64,000 bases of DNA, taken from assembly GCA_015233145.1 (NCBI GenBank), contig JADFYI010000001.1:79345-143344 (forward strand), given 5' to 3'. The DNA comes from Candidatus Omnitrophota bacterium. Lineage in GTDB: Bacteria; Omnitrophota; Gorgyraeia; Zapsychrales; Fredricksoniimonadaceae. The first letter of the stretch is position 1. The number at the start of each line of letters is the position of its first letter. Below the pieces are notes generated by a model. It did no database searches. It saw nothing but the letters and a program-made list of their open reading frames with translations, and was not told where the DNA came from. The translations under genes and the position numbers were made by a program. Shown here piece after piece: positions 26,054 through 35,869 of this stretch.

Positions 26054-26769
26054 TTATTCCAGCCATTGATATTAAAGAAGGCAAGGTTGTCCGCCTTTTT
26101 AAAGGGCAGTTTGACAAGGTCACAGAGTATGGTTCTGATCCGCTGGAAACGGCCATGTATTGGCAGGCGCTGGGCGCTCCCTACCTTCATGTCGTGGATT
26201 TGGACGGCGCCAAAACCGGGGAGCGTGCCAACCGCGATGTGATCAAGCGCATGGCCAAAGAACTGGAAATCCCGTTGGAAACCGGTGGCGGCATCCGAAG
26301 CCTGGAGGCTGTTCGGGAACTTTTGGACGCGGGGATTGACCGGGTTATTTTAGGGACCAGGGCTGTTGAAGATAAAAAATTTCTTTCCAAAGCCCTTGAG
26401 ACCTGGGGCAGTAGCATTGCGGTCAGCCTTGACTGTTCTAATGGCTTTGTGGCCCAGCGCGGCTGGGTCGAAACTTCTCAAGTGAAGGGCAAGGATTTTG
26501 CGCAAGAGCTTGCTCGCATGGGCTTAAAATATATTATTTATACGGATATTGCCCGTGATGGAACTCTGTCTGGTGTCAATATGCAGGGGTTAAAAGAAAT
26601 GCTCGATATCCCGGATGTTAATATTATCGCTTCCGGCGGAGTTAAAAATTTAGACGACATTAAAGCCTTGTTGGCCTTAAAAAACGAGTGCCTTTTAGGG
26701 GTCATTACAGGCAAGGCTATTTACGAGGGGACGCTTAACCTCGAAGAAGCGTTAAAGTTATCATGTTAA
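26047..26769 (+). CDS. hisA: ProFAR isomerase
   Basis: 240 aa. [29 protein letters not shown]. Confidence 0.9.
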   Translation: MLIIPAIDIKEGKVVRLFKGQFDKVTEYGSDPLETAMYWQALGAPYLHVVDLDGAKTGERANRDVIKRMAKELEIPLETGGGIRSLEAVRELLDAGIDRVILGTRAVEDKKFLSKALETWGSSIAVSLDCSNGFVAQRGWVETSQVKGKDFAQELARMGLKYIIYTDIARDGTLSGVNMQGLKEMLDIPDVNIIASGGVKNLDDIKALLALKNECLLGVITGKAIYEGTLNLEEALKLSC

Positions 26770-27521
26770 CCAAGCGCATTATCCCATGTCTGGATGTTAA
26801 AGACGGCCGTGTTGTGAAGGGGGTCAATTTTGTCAACCTTCGCGATGCCGGGGATCCGGTAGAAGTGGCCCGGGCCTATGACAAGGCCAAGGCCGATGAG
26901 CTGGTGTTCCTTGATATTACGGCGAGCCATGAAGGCCGAAAGATTTTTATTGATGTGGTTAGGCGCACGGCGGAGCAGATTTTTATGCCCCTGACAGTGG
27001 GCGGCGGGATCAATTCTGTGGCCGATATCCGGGCGCTTTTAAATGCCGGGGCTGATAAAACATCCATTAACACGGCCGCTGTCAAAAATCCTGAGCTGGT
27101 ACGGGAAGCCTCTGACCGTTTCGGCAGCCAGTGCATTGTGGTTGCCATTGACGCCAAACGCGTGGGCAATACCTGGAAAGTTTTTACCCATGGCGGCCGC
27201 AATGAAACAGGGAAAGAGGCGGTCAGCTGGGCAAAGGAAGTCCAAAAACTGGGGGCTGGAGAAATTCTTTTAACGAGCATGGATGCTGACGGGACAAAGA
27301 ATGGCTTTGACCTTCCTTTAACCAAGGCTGTCACTGAGGCTGTCAATATTCCTGTCATTGCCTCTGGCGGCGCTGGGAAAGTTGAAGATTTTGCAGATGT
27401 TTTCTCAAAAGCCGGGGCAGATGCCGGGCTGGCTGCCTCGATTTTTCATTATGGTGAGATTTCAATCGCAGAAGTCAAAAATTACCTTCATGGCAAGGGC
27501 ATACACGTGCGGTTAGGTTAA
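26763..27521 (+). CDS. hisF: Imidazole glycerol phosphate synthase, cyclase subunit
   Basis: 252 aa. [43 protein letters not shown]. Confidence 0.95.
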   Translation: MLTKRIIPCLDVKDGRVVKGVNFVNLRDAGDPVEVARAYDKAKADELVFLDITASHEGRKIFIDVVRRTAEQIFMPLTVGGGINSVADIRALLNAGADKTSINTAAVKNPELVREASDRFGSQCIVVAIDAKRVGNTWKVFTHGGRNETGKEAVSWAKEVQKLGAGEILLTSMDADGTKNGFDLPLTKAVTEAVNIPVIASGGAGKVEDFADVFSKAGADAGLAASIFHYGEISIAEVKNYLHGKGIHVRLG

Positions 27522-27528
27522 AATTGAT

Positions 27529-29028
27529 ATGCGTCAAATAACAGAAAAAGAATTTTTGTCTTTTGCCAAACAAGGGAATCTTGTGCCGGTCTTTAAAGAG
27601 ATTTACGGCGACCTGGAAACCCCGGTCTCGGCGTATATGAAGCTTTTGAAAGGCTCCCGGTATTCGTTTCTCCTGGAATCTGTGGAGGGCGGAGAAAAAC
27701 TGGCGCGGTATTCTTTTTTAGCATGCTCGCCAGAGCTTGTTTTAAAGACCAAAGGCCGCGACGCCGAAATCTTTCGTTTTTCAAAAAAAGCGGTCACCCG
27801 TCAAAAATGCACTTTTAAGCGCACGCCGCTCGAGCTTGTGAGAGAACTGATATCCGGTTACAAGTTTGTTAATATTCCGGGCCTTCCGCTTTTTTGCGGA
27901 GGGCTTGTGGGATATATCGGTTATGACACTGTCCGGTTTTTTGAGAAACTCCCTGACACCGCGAAAGATGATCTGGATTTGCCGGATGTGCTTTTGATGA
28001 TGGCCAAGGATATTGTGATTTTCGATCATTTGTACCATACGATCAAGGTTGTTTCCTGCGTCGATGTTGCTGACACGGATAAGAAATCGCAGTTGCAGAA
28101 GAAATTTAAAGCGGCACAGAAGAAAATCAGTTCTTTGATTGATATCCTTTCCGGGGACCTCCCGAAACTTAAAAAATCTTCAGTGCTTCAGGAAAAGCTC
28201 AAAGTCCGTTGCAATGGCACCCCAAGCGGTTTTGAGGCCATGGTCGAGCGCGCCAAAGAAGAAATTCGTGCGGGAGAAATTATTCAGGTTGTTTTGTCCC
28301 AGCGTTTTGATGTGGACATGAAAACCAATCCTGTCATGCTTTACCGCACTCTTCGGGCACTTAACCCGTCGCCGTATATGTATCTTTTAAACCTGGATGG
28401 TATTCATGTGGTGGGGTCGTCACCGGAACTTCTGGTGCGTGTTGAAAACGGGATTGTGGCCACGCGCCCTATTGCCGGCACCCGTCCGCGCGGAACAACA
28501 ATGGCCGAAGATGAGGCGCTTGAGGGAGAACTTTTAAAAGACCCCAAGGAACTTGCCGAGCATGTGATGCTGGTTGATTTGGGGCGCAATGACCTGGGCC
28601 GTGTTTGTAAGGAAGGCACTGTCAAGGTGACCGAGCTCATGGCGGTTGAAAAGTATTCGCATGTCATGCATATTGTTTCGAATGTCCAGGGCGCTTTAAA
28701 GCCGGGGGAAGACGCAATATCAGCGCTTGAAGCCACTTTTCCCGCCGGGACTCTGTCGGGCGCGCCCAAAATCCGCGCCATGGAAATTATTGAGTCTCTG
28801 GAGCCTACAAAACGCGGGCCCTATGGCGGATGCGTGGGATATTTTAGTTTCTCGCAAAATTTGGATACTTGTATTACAATACGTACCATTATTATTAAAG
28901 GAAATAAGGCGTATATTCAGGCCGGAGCCGGTATAGTGGCTGATTCCGACCCGAAGTACGAATATACAGAGTCAGTGAATAAGGCTAAGGCACAAATCCG
29001 GTCGCTTGAAATAGCGCACCAGAGGTAA
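27529..29028 (+). CDS. trpE: Anthranilate synthase component I
   Basis: 499 aa. N-terminal LLESVEGGEKLARYSF feedback motif and the C-terminal chorismate-binding domain (GTLSGAPKIRAMEII, GPYGGCVGYF, GAGIVADS). Confidence 0.88.
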   Translation: MRQITEKEFLSFAKQGNLVPVFKEIYGDLETPVSAYMKLLKGSRYSFLLESVEGGEKLARYSFLACSPELVLKTKGRDAEIFRFSKKAVTRQKCTFKRTPLELVRELISGYKFVNIPGLPLFCGGLVGYIGYDTVRFFEKLPDTAKDDLDLPDVLLMMAKDIVIFDHLYHTIKVVSCVDVADTDKKSQLQKKFKAAQKKISSLIDILSGDLPKLKKSSVLQEKLKVRCNGTPSGFEAMVERAKEEIRAGEIIQVVLSQRFDVDMKTNPVMLYRTLRALNPSPYMYLLNLDGIHVVGSSPELLVRVENGIVATRPIAGTRPRGTTMAEDEALEGELLKDPKELAEHVMLVDLGRNDLGRVCKEGTVKVTELMAVEKYSHVMHIVSNVQGALKPGEDAISALEATFPAGTLSGAPKIRAMEIIESLEPTKRGPYGGCVGYFSFSQNLDTCITIRTIIIKGNKAYIQAGAGIVADSDPKYEYTESVNKAKAQIRSLEIAHQR

Positions 29029-29057
29029 GTCAAACACAACGAAAGGGTAGAGCAAAG

Positions 29058-29312
29058 ATGCAAGTTAAGATCAGAATGCAGAGAGCCGGCGATCCGGCAC
29101 AGAAGAACATCAACTGGCGTATTGTCGCCATCCCAAAATGTTCACCGCGCGATGGGCGTGTTTTGGAAATTTTAGGGTATTATGATGCCGCCAAAAAACC
29201 TGCGCAGTACAAGCTTGAAGTGGAGAAGCTTGAAAAGTGGGTTAAAAACGGCGCCACGATGTCGGACACGGTTAAATCGCTTTATCTCAAAACTAAAAAA
29301 GCAGGCAAATAA
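29058..29312 (+). CDS. rpsP: 30S ribosomal protein S16
   Basis: 84 aa. MQVKIRMQRAG...RIVAIPKCSPRDGRVLEILGYYD. Confidence 0.9.
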   Translation: MQVKIRMQRAGDPAQKNINWRIVAIPKCSPRDGRVLEILGYYDAAKKPAQYKLEVEKLEKWVKNGATMSDTVKSLYLKTKKAGK

Positions 29313-29383
29313 ACTGACAGGCCGGGCTTCTTAAGCCTTTTTTGTCGGATAGTTTGTAACTTTTGTTTGAAAGGATTTTTCTC

Positions 29384-29656
29384 ATGCAGCCGAATATGAT
29401 GATGCAGCTTCTTCCGATGGTGATTATTTTCGGGATATTTTATTTTCTGGTGATCGCTCCTGAAAAGAAAAAGCAGAAAGACCACCAGGATATGGTGGGT
29501 AATTTGAAGAAAAATGATGAGGTCATTACTTCAAGCGGCATTCATGGGGTCGTTGTTAATCTTAAAGAAAAAACAGTTGTCCTTAGGCTTGATGATAATG
29601 TCCGCGTTGAATTTTTAAAGGAAGCTGTTCATGTTGTTACAAAGAAGGCTGAATAA
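29384..29656 (+). CDS. yajC: Preprotein translocase subunit YajC
   Basis: ATG 29384 gives MQPNMMMQLLPMVIIFGIFYFLVI (TM), then VITSSGIHGVVVNLKEKTVVLRLDDNVRVEF. It sits upstream of secDF. Confidence 0.85.
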   Translation: MQPNMMMQLLPMVIIFGIFYFLVIAPEKKKQKDHQDMVGNLKKNDEVITSSGIHGVVVNLKEKTVVLRLDDNVRVEFLKEAVHVVTKKAE

Positions 29657-29689
29657 AACTTTAACTCTTAACATATAAAAAGGGAAGCT

Positions 29690-31888
29690 ATGAGCAAGGG
29701 ACTTCGAAATCGTTTTCTTCTGATTTTGGGAATTATTGTCGCGTGTGTGGTTTTTTCCTGGCCGATTAATAAGCGTATCAATCTGGGGCTTGACCTTAAG
29801 GGCGGGATGCACCTGATCCTCAAGGTTGAAACAGAGAGCCTGCCGGATAAAGCTAAAAACGATGCGGTTTTGCGCGCCATTGAAATTTTACGCAACCGCA
29901 TTGACAGCCTGGGCGTGGGAGAGACATTGATCCAGCGCCAGGGAGACAATCAGCTTTTGGTTCAGCTTCCGGGCGTGACAGACCGTGAGAAGGCTGTGGA
30001 AATGGTCAAGCGCGTGGCGCACCTGGAATTCAGGCTTGTGAATAGCGACCAAACGAAATATCAGGAAGCGATTAAAGGCACGGCTCCCGCTGGTTTTGAA
30101 CTGAAATACACCAAGGGTGAGCATACAGAGCCTGTTCTGGTGGAATCAAAGCCTATCATGGGTGGTGAAGCTATTTCTGATGCCAAGGTGGATTTTGACC
30201 AGATGGGCGGACAAAGGATTTCCCTGTCTTTTAACAGCACCGGAGCCAAAGATTTTGCAGATCTCACCACAAAACATGTGGGCGAACGTTTGGCCATTGT
30301 CCTTGATGGTGAAGTGCTGTCTGCTCCGAATATTCGTGAGCCAATCCTCACAGGCAATGCTGAAATTACAGGCCAGTTTACCTTTGATGAGGCGTCATTA
30401 CTGGCCTTGGCTCTCCGTTCCGGTTCTCTTCCGGTTCCCATTCATATTGAGGAAGAGCGCACCATTGGCCCTCTTCTCGGCAAGGATTCGATTCATTCAG
30501 GTATCCGCGCCACAGTGTTTGGTTCAGTTTTTGTTCTGGCGTTTATGATCCTTTATTATTGGCTTGGCGGCATGATTGCCTCCGTTGCGCTTCTAATGAA
30601 CCTCCTTATGATTATTGGAGCCATGGGTTTTATCAATATTATGCTTCCCGCCTCCCAGGTGACGCTGACGCTCCCAGGTATCGCCGGTATCGTCCTTACG
30701 CTGGGTATGGCTGTTGACGCCAACGTTCTTATTAATGAACGTATCAGGGAGGAGTTGGAAAACGGGCGGCCGTTAGCCGCGGCATTGGCGAGTGGTTATG
30801 ACCGTGCCTTGAGCGCCATTATTGACTCGCATGTGACGTCTTTAATTGCCTCGGTCTTATTGTTCCAATTTGGTTCAGGCCCTATCAAGGGTTTTGCGGT
30901 CACGCTTTTCGTGGGTCTTGCGGCAAGCCTTTTTACTGCTGTGTATGTGACTCGCGCCATGTTTGATTACCTGCTCGAAAACCGCCACATCACGACGTTA
31001 AAGATGCTTCGGCTTTTCAAGCACACGAATATTAATTTTTTGAAGTCAATGTATTTCTTCCTTCTTCTGTCAGCGGTTGTGACAGCAGCGGGGTTGTCGG
31101 TCATTGTGGCCAAAAAGAACATGGCTTACGGGATTGATTTCGTGGGCGGCCAGGTGCAGGAGTACCGTTTTAAGAAAGCGGTTCCGGCAGAAAAAATCCG
31201 TCAGGCGCTCAAAGATGCCAATGTCAAAGACGCGGTTATCCAGCAGTTTGAGAAAAATCCCGAGGATGTGATTGTCCGTTCGAGTGAAGATACTTACGAA
31301 AAGGTGGTTGAGACTTTCAAGAAAGAATTTAAGGACAATTCTTTTGAGACTCTCCGTATTGAAAAAGTCGGGCCGGTTGTTGGAAAAAACCTCCGTGAGC
31401 GCGCCTTGTGGGCCATTGTTTTGGCTTTGGGCTCGATTTTAGTATATGTGGGCATACGCTTTAAGAATTTCGGGTTTGCCGCGGCAGGTGTTATCGCGCT
31501 CATTCACGATATTCTTGTGGCGCTGGGTCTTTCGGTCATGCTGGGGCGTCAGATAGACCTTCTGGTCGTGACCGCACTTTTAACCATTGCGGGTTATTCA
31601 ATCAATGATACGATCATCGTGTTTGACCGTGTCCGTGAGAACATGCTGAAGAATAAAAAGATGCCGCTGGCTGAGGTCATTAATTTCAGTATTAATCAGA
31701 CCCTGGGCCGCACCATTTTGACAACCTTTGTGACCTTGCTGGTTGTTGTGGCGCTCTTTTTCTTCGGAGGAGAGGTGCTAAATACATTCTCTCTTGTTCT
31801 TATGATTGGTTTTATCTGCGGGGTTTATTCAACGATGTATATTGTGACTCCGCTGGTTTTGGTCTTTCAGAAGAAGTGGCAGCAGTAA
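29690..31888 (+). CDS. secDF: Fused protein-export membrane protein SecD-SecF
   Basis: 732 aa. SecD part (LGLDLKGGMHLIL, large periplasmic domain, six TM) continues into the SecF part (YGIDFVGG...TIIVFDRVREN). Confidence 0.92.
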   Translation: MSKGLRNRFLLILGIIVACVVFSWPINKRINLGLDLKGGMHLILKVETESLPDKAKNDAVLRAIEILRNRIDSLGVGETLIQRQGDNQLLVQLPGVTDREKAVEMVKRVAHLEFRLVNSDQTKYQEAIKGTAPAGFELKYTKGEHTEPVLVESKPIMGGEAISDAKVDFDQMGGQRISLSFNSTGAKDFADLTTKHVGERLAIVLDGEVLSAPNIREPILTGNAEITGQFTFDEASLLALALRSGSLPVPIHIEEERTIGPLLGKDSIHSGIRATVFGSVFVLAFMILYYWLGGMIASVALLMNLLMIIGAMGFINIMLPASQVTLTLPGIAGIVLTLGMAVDANVLINERIREELENGRPLAAALASGYDRALSAIIDSHVTSLIASVLLFQFGSGPIKGFAVTLFVGLAASLFTAVYVTRAMFDYLLENRHITTLKMLRLFKHTNINFLKSMYFFLLLSAVVTAAGLSVIVAKKNMAYGIDFVGGQVQEYRFKKAVPAEKIRQALKDANVKDAVIQQFEKNPEDVIVRSSEDTYEKVVETFKKEFKDNSFETLRIEKVGPVVGKNLRERALWAIVLALGSILVYVGIRFKNFGFAAAGVIALIHDILVALGLSVMLGRQIDLLVVTALLTIAGYSINDTIIVFDRVRENMLKNKKMPLAEVINFSINQTLGRTILTTFVTLLVVVALFFFGGEVLNTFSLVLMIGFICGVYSTMYIVTPLVLVFQKKWQQ

Positions 31889-31910
31889 TTTCTTTTGTGA
31901 CGACAAAATA

Positions 31911-31954
31911 ACCCCTGGGAAAAAAGCAAAGGCTTTTAACTCAGGGGTTTTTTG
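31911..31954 (+). terminator. Rho-independent terminator after secDF
   Basis: ACCCCTG...AAAAGC-AAAG-GCTTTT...CAGGGGT, a nested stem followed by TTTTTT. Confidence 0.55.
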
Positions 31955-31995
31955 TTCCGAAGTTGAGTTGGAATTTTCCTTATTGCAAGAGCCAC

Positions 31996-32109
31996 CGGGG
32001 GCATGTCAGTCGCTCGGACAGTCCTCACTTCGCCGCCAAGTTTAGAATTATAGTTTTTGAATTTTTGTGGAGCGGCTCGTTGCGGAACTCGCTTTGTGAC
32101 ATGCCCCCG
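31996..32109. repeat. Perfect 13-bp inverted repeat (CGGGGGCATGTCA / TGACATGCCCCCG) bracketing 88 nt
   Basis: Left arm 31996-32008 and right arm 32097-32109, read directly. The interior has an AT-rich core and GCTCG-type short repeats. Confidence 0.8.
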
Positions 32110-32132
32110 ACGTCTCTTTAACAGGCGGTTTT

Positions 32133-34028
32133 ATGTTCCAATCCCTTAAATATTTTGTCGGACAGTCGGTTGACTTTAACGCGTTGGCCGATGATTTTAC
32201 CCGTTTTGGTTACGGCTGCGTCAAGAGTGTGGCTGCTCCGGGCGAGTTTGCCTTGCGCGGTGGCATTATTGATATTTTTCCTGTCAATTTTGATTCTCCT
32301 ATCCGCATTGATACGGATGACGATGCCATCCGCCTGATTTATTCTTTTAACATTGAAACCGGAAAAAATATCTGGAATCACAGGGCTGTCATTATTCTAC
32401 CCCGAAAAGAAAAGTCCGGCGGCCTTTTTAAGTCAGATATGCCGATCAGCCACTTTGTGGACATTGAGAAAGGCGATTATGTTGTCCATAATCTCCACGG
32501 CATCGGCAAATTCCTGGGTGTGCAGGATTTTGAAATCAATAACAGCCAGGTGGAGCATTTTGTTATCGAGTATCAGGGGGGCGATAAACTTTTTGTCCCC
32601 AGGCACGACATCCACCTCGTGCAAAAATATGTCTCATTTACCAAAAAGCCGCCAAGGCTTTTTAAGCTGGGTTCCCGTGAATGGGAAAAGGTCAGGAAGC
32701 TCATTGAAAAACGCATCCAGCACCTGGCCGCAGAACTGTTGCGGGTTCAGGCCCTTCGCACGAGTTTAAAGGGATTTAAATTTTCAGCAGACACTGCCTG
32801 GCAGAAAGAGTTTGAGGGGAAGTTTCCTTTTGTGGAGACTCCGGACCAGACCAGGGCCACTGAAGAAGTCAAGGCTGATATGGAATCCGAGCTTCCCATG
32901 GACCGGCTTTTATGCGGCGATGTGGGCTATGGCAAGACCGAGGTGGCCATGCGCGCGGCTTTTAAGGCAGTCATGGACGGTAAACAGGTGGCGGTCTTGG
33001 TTCCCACAACAGTTTTGGCTGAGCAGCATTATTATAATTTCTCAAAACGCATGAAGGATTACCCGATCCGAATCGGCATGTTGTCCCGTTTTCGGACAAA
33101 AGCTGAACAAACGCAAATTGTCAAGGAAACAGCCCTGGGGAAAGTGGATATAGTGATCGGCACGCACCGGCTTTTGTCAAAGGATGTTTCTTTTAAGGAT
33201 TTAGGGTTGATTGTGATTGATGAAGAGCAGCGTTTCGGTGTTGTAGCCAAGGAGCGTTTGAAACATATGAAACTCCTGGCGGATGTCCTGACGCTTACGG
33301 CCACACCCATCCCGCGCACGCTTTATATGGCGCTTGCAGGCTGCCGGGATATGTCAGTCATTTCAACGCCCCCTCAAAACAGGGTTCCGGTTGTGACCCA
33401 GAGGATTCATTTTGATGAGGATATTATCCGCCAGGCCATTGAACGTGAACTGAAGCGCGGCGGGCAGGTGTTCTTTTTACATAATCATATTGAGGATATT
33501 GCGCCGGTTGCCGCGATTATCAAGCGACTGGTGCCTCAGGCCCGCTTGGCTGTTGGCCATGGGCAGATGCCCGGCAGAATGCTCGAGGAAATCATGCTCA
33601 AATTTTTAAAAGGCGAGATTGATTGTTTGGTATGTACCACTATAATAGAATCCGGTATAGATATCCCTAATGCCAACACCCTGATTGTGAACCGGGCAGA
33701 CCGTTTTGGGTTGTCAGATTTGCATCAATTGCGGGGCCGTGTCGGGCGGTTGGACGTTAAGGCGTATGCCTATTTTGTGATTCCTGAAAAGACTCTTCTT
33801 TCAGGGGTGGCTAAAAAACGCCTGGAAGCGCTTTTAAAATTTACTGATTTGGGCGCCGGGTTTCATATTGCCTTTGAAGATTTGCAGATTCGCGGGGCAG
33901 GAAACCTGTTGGGCGGCCAGCAGCACGGGTATATTTCCACCCTTGGCTTTGATCTTTATTGCCGCATGTTAAAAGAATCTATTGAAAATATTAAGAAGGA
34001 GATGCAAAAAAATAATGCGAATATTTAA
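32133..34028 (+). CDS. mfd: Transcription-repair coupling factor, shortened form (631 aa)
   Basis: PGEFALRGGIIDIFP segment, CarD/RID-like GDYVVHNLHGIGKFLG, and SF2 translocase motifs GDVGYGKTEV, DEEQRFG, TATPIPRT, QLRGRVGR. An in-frame stop at 32097 fixes the N-terminus. Confidence 0.85.
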   Translation: MFQSLKYFVGQSVDFNALADDFTRFGYGCVKSVAAPGEFALRGGIIDIFPVNFDSPIRIDTDDDAIRLIYSFNIETGKNIWNHRAVIILPRKEKSGGLFKSDMPISHFVDIEKGDYVVHNLHGIGKFLGVQDFEINNSQVEHFVIEYQGGDKLFVPRHDIHLVQKYVSFTKKPPRLFKLGSREWEKVRKLIEKRIQHLAAELLRVQALRTSLKGFKFSADTAWQKEFEGKFPFVETPDQTRATEEVKADMESELPMDRLLCGDVGYGKTEVAMRAAFKAVMDGKQVAVLVPTTVLAEQHYYNFSKRMKDYPIRIGMLSRFRTKAEQTQIVKETALGKVDIVIGTHRLLSKDVSFKDLGLIVIDEEQRFGVVAKERLKHMKLLADVLTLTATPIPRTLYMALAGCRDMSVISTPPQNRVPVVTQRIHFDEDIIRQAIERELKRGGQVFFLHNHIEDIAPVAAIIKRLVPQARLAVGHGQMPGRMLEEIMLKFLKGEIDCLVCTTIIESGIDIPNANTLIVNRADRFGLSDLHQLRGRVGRLDVKAYAYFVIPEKTLLSGVAKKRLEALLKFTDLGAGFHIAFEDLQIRGAGNLLGGQQHGYISTLGFDLYCRMLKESIENIKKEMQKNNANI

Positions 34029-34950
34029 ACCATTCTTACTTTTTTTGTTTTTGGCAGTTTTTATGCTTCCGTTGAAAGCCCATGCGATGGATGATGCCAT
34101 TCTTGCCATTGTCAATGACGAGGTGATAACGATTAAAGACCTTCAGGCGTATATGAAAGGCGTTTATGCGCAGCTTAAAATTGAAGGCAAAAGCCAGGAC
34201 GAAGCCAATGACATTATGAAGCAGTATGAAAGTAAGGGCATTAACCAGTTGATTGATGACCGCCTTATCCTGGCTGCGGCGGAAAAAGCCGGGATTATGA
34301 TCAAGCCCAAGCCCATTGATGAAAGGCTTGCCGACATCAAAAAGAAATACGCGTCGGAAGAGGAATTTACCAAGGCGATCCTCAAAGAAGGGATGACGAT
34401 AAGCGAGATTCGAAAGAAGATTGAAAATCAGTATAAAGGCCAGGTTGTGATTGACGATGAGGTGCGAAAGAAAGTTTCCGTGAACCCCCAGGAAGTGACA
34501 GATTATTTTAATGCCCATGCGTCAGAATACCGCACCAAGCCGAGGGTATTTTTGGAATCCATTTTTGTCAAAACTTCTTTCGGCCGTAGCGAGGCAAAGG
34601 CCAAAATCGAGAAGGCTGCCTCCGAGATTAAAGCAGGCGCTGATTTTAAACAGGTGTCGGCAAAATATTCCGACCTTCCTTCTGTCGGTGAAATCAATCA
34701 GGAAGATATCCGTCCGGAAATGAAGGATGCTGTTCTTGCCTTAAGAGCCGGGGAGGTTTCTGGAATTATTGAAGTTGATAATGGCTACTATATTTTTAAA
34801 ATGGGCGGATTGACGAGCGGTTCAGATGTGTCGCTTAAGGACATGAAAGACCAGATTTATCAGCAGATTTTTGATGAAAAGTTTCACAAGCGTTTTGAAG
34901 AGTGGCTGGCTGACTTAAGAAAGAAGGCTTATGTCGAGATCAAAGAGTAA
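34015..34950 (+). CDS. SurA-like periplasmic chaperone / parvulin-type peptidyl-prolyl isomerase
   Basis: ATG 34015 gives signal peptide MRIFKPFLLFLFLAVFMLPLKAHA. SurA-N-like domain (ILAIVNDEVIT) plus a PpiC domain (GADFKQVSAKYSD...GYYIFK). Confidence 0.75.
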   Translation: MRIFKPFLLFLFLAVFMLPLKAHAMDDAILAIVNDEVITIKDLQAYMKGVYAQLKIEGKSQDEANDIMKQYESKGINQLIDDRLILAAAEKAGIMIKPKPIDERLADIKKKYASEEEFTKAILKEGMTISEIRKKIENQYKGQVVIDDEVRKKVSVNPQEVTDYFNAHASEYRTKPRVFLESIFVKTSFGRSEAKAKIEKAASEIKAGADFKQVSAKYSDLPSVGEINQEDIRPEMKDAVLALRAGEVSGIIEVDNGYYIFKMGGLTSGSDVSLKDMKDQIYQQIFDEKFHKRFEEWLADLRKKAYVEIKE

Positions 34951-35869
34951 CGTGATAGGAATCACAATGGGCGACCCCGCGGGCATTGGCCCTGAGGTGA
35001 TTGCCGCGGCTTTGTCAGGTTTCCGATGCCCTTCCGGTGTCGAGTTTCTTGTGATCGGGAACATGGATGTTTTTACGCGTTTTTGGCCCAGGGGGAAGGA
35101 ATTGCCCCTCTTTATTCATATTGCCGAGAATTCTGCCCGGCATATTTCTGGCCGGCCAACCCTGCAATCAGGCAGGGATTCCCTGGCCTATTTAGATAAG
35201 GCTGTGGAGATGCTTAAAAAGGGTAGTTTACAGGCCCTTGTGACCGGCCCGGTGAGTAAAGAATCTGTGGCGCATTTTGTGAAAGGTTTTAAGGGGCACA
35301 CAACGTATCTTGCGAATGCTTTTGGAAAGAAGAATGTTGAAATGGTTTTTGTGGCGGATGACATCAAAATGGTTTTGGTGACCAGGCATATTCCGCTCAA
35401 AGAGGTTTCCTCCCGCGTGACAAGGCTTAAGGTGGAAAGCGTGATTGAAACAACACATGCTTTTTTGGTCAACTCTTTTGGCATCAAAGCCCCTAAAATT
35501 GCTGTTTGCGGGTTGAATCCTCACGCCGGAGAAGGCGGGGCGATAGGCCAAGAGGAAATCAGGGAAATTATTCCGGCGATGAACCGGCTTAAGAAAAAGA
35601 AAATATTAGTTTATGGCCCTTTTCCTGCGGATACCCTTTTTGAGCCGCGCAACCGCAGGGGGTATGATCTCATTGTCACCATGTACCATGACCAGGGGTT
35701 AACGGCCTTAAAATCACTTTATTTTGACAAACTTGTTAATTTGACGGTGGGCCTGCCTTTTATCCGGACGTCTCCGGCGCACGGTACTGCTTTTGGGATT
35801 GCGGGTAAAGGTGTTGCCAACTCCGGCTCTATGCTTGAATCCATCAGACTGGCAGGAAAATTTGTTTAA
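34931..35869 (+). CDS. pdxA: 4-hydroxythreonine-4-phosphate dehydrogenase
   Basis: 312 aa. GDPAGIGPEV, GHTTYLA, GLNPHAGEGG, YHDQGL. Confidence 0.9.
   Translation: MSRSKSNVIGITMGDPAGIGPEVIAAALSGFRCPSGVEFLVIGNMDVFTRFWPRGKELPLFIHIAENSARHISGRPTLQSGRDSLAYLDKAVEMLKKGSLQALVTGPVSKESVAHFVKGFKGHTTYLANAFGKKNVEMVFVADDIKMVLVTRHIPLKEVSSRVTRLKVESVIETTHAFLVNSFGIKAPKIAVCGLNPHAGEGGAIGQEEIREIIPAMNRLKKKKILVYGPFPADTLFEPRNRRGYDLIVTMYHDQGLTALKSLYFDKLVNLTVGLPFIRTSPAHGTAFGIAGKGVANSGSMLESIRLAGKFV

Noticed and set aside
31996-32109. SRP RNA, 6S RNA or other known ncRNA in the secDF-mfd spacer
   Set aside because: There is no SRP domain IV consensus (GGAA-loop / AGCAGCC-type motif), the length is too short for tmRNA or RNase P, and the 6S-like central-bubble architecture is not evident. 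It is reported only as an unexplained inverted-repeat element.
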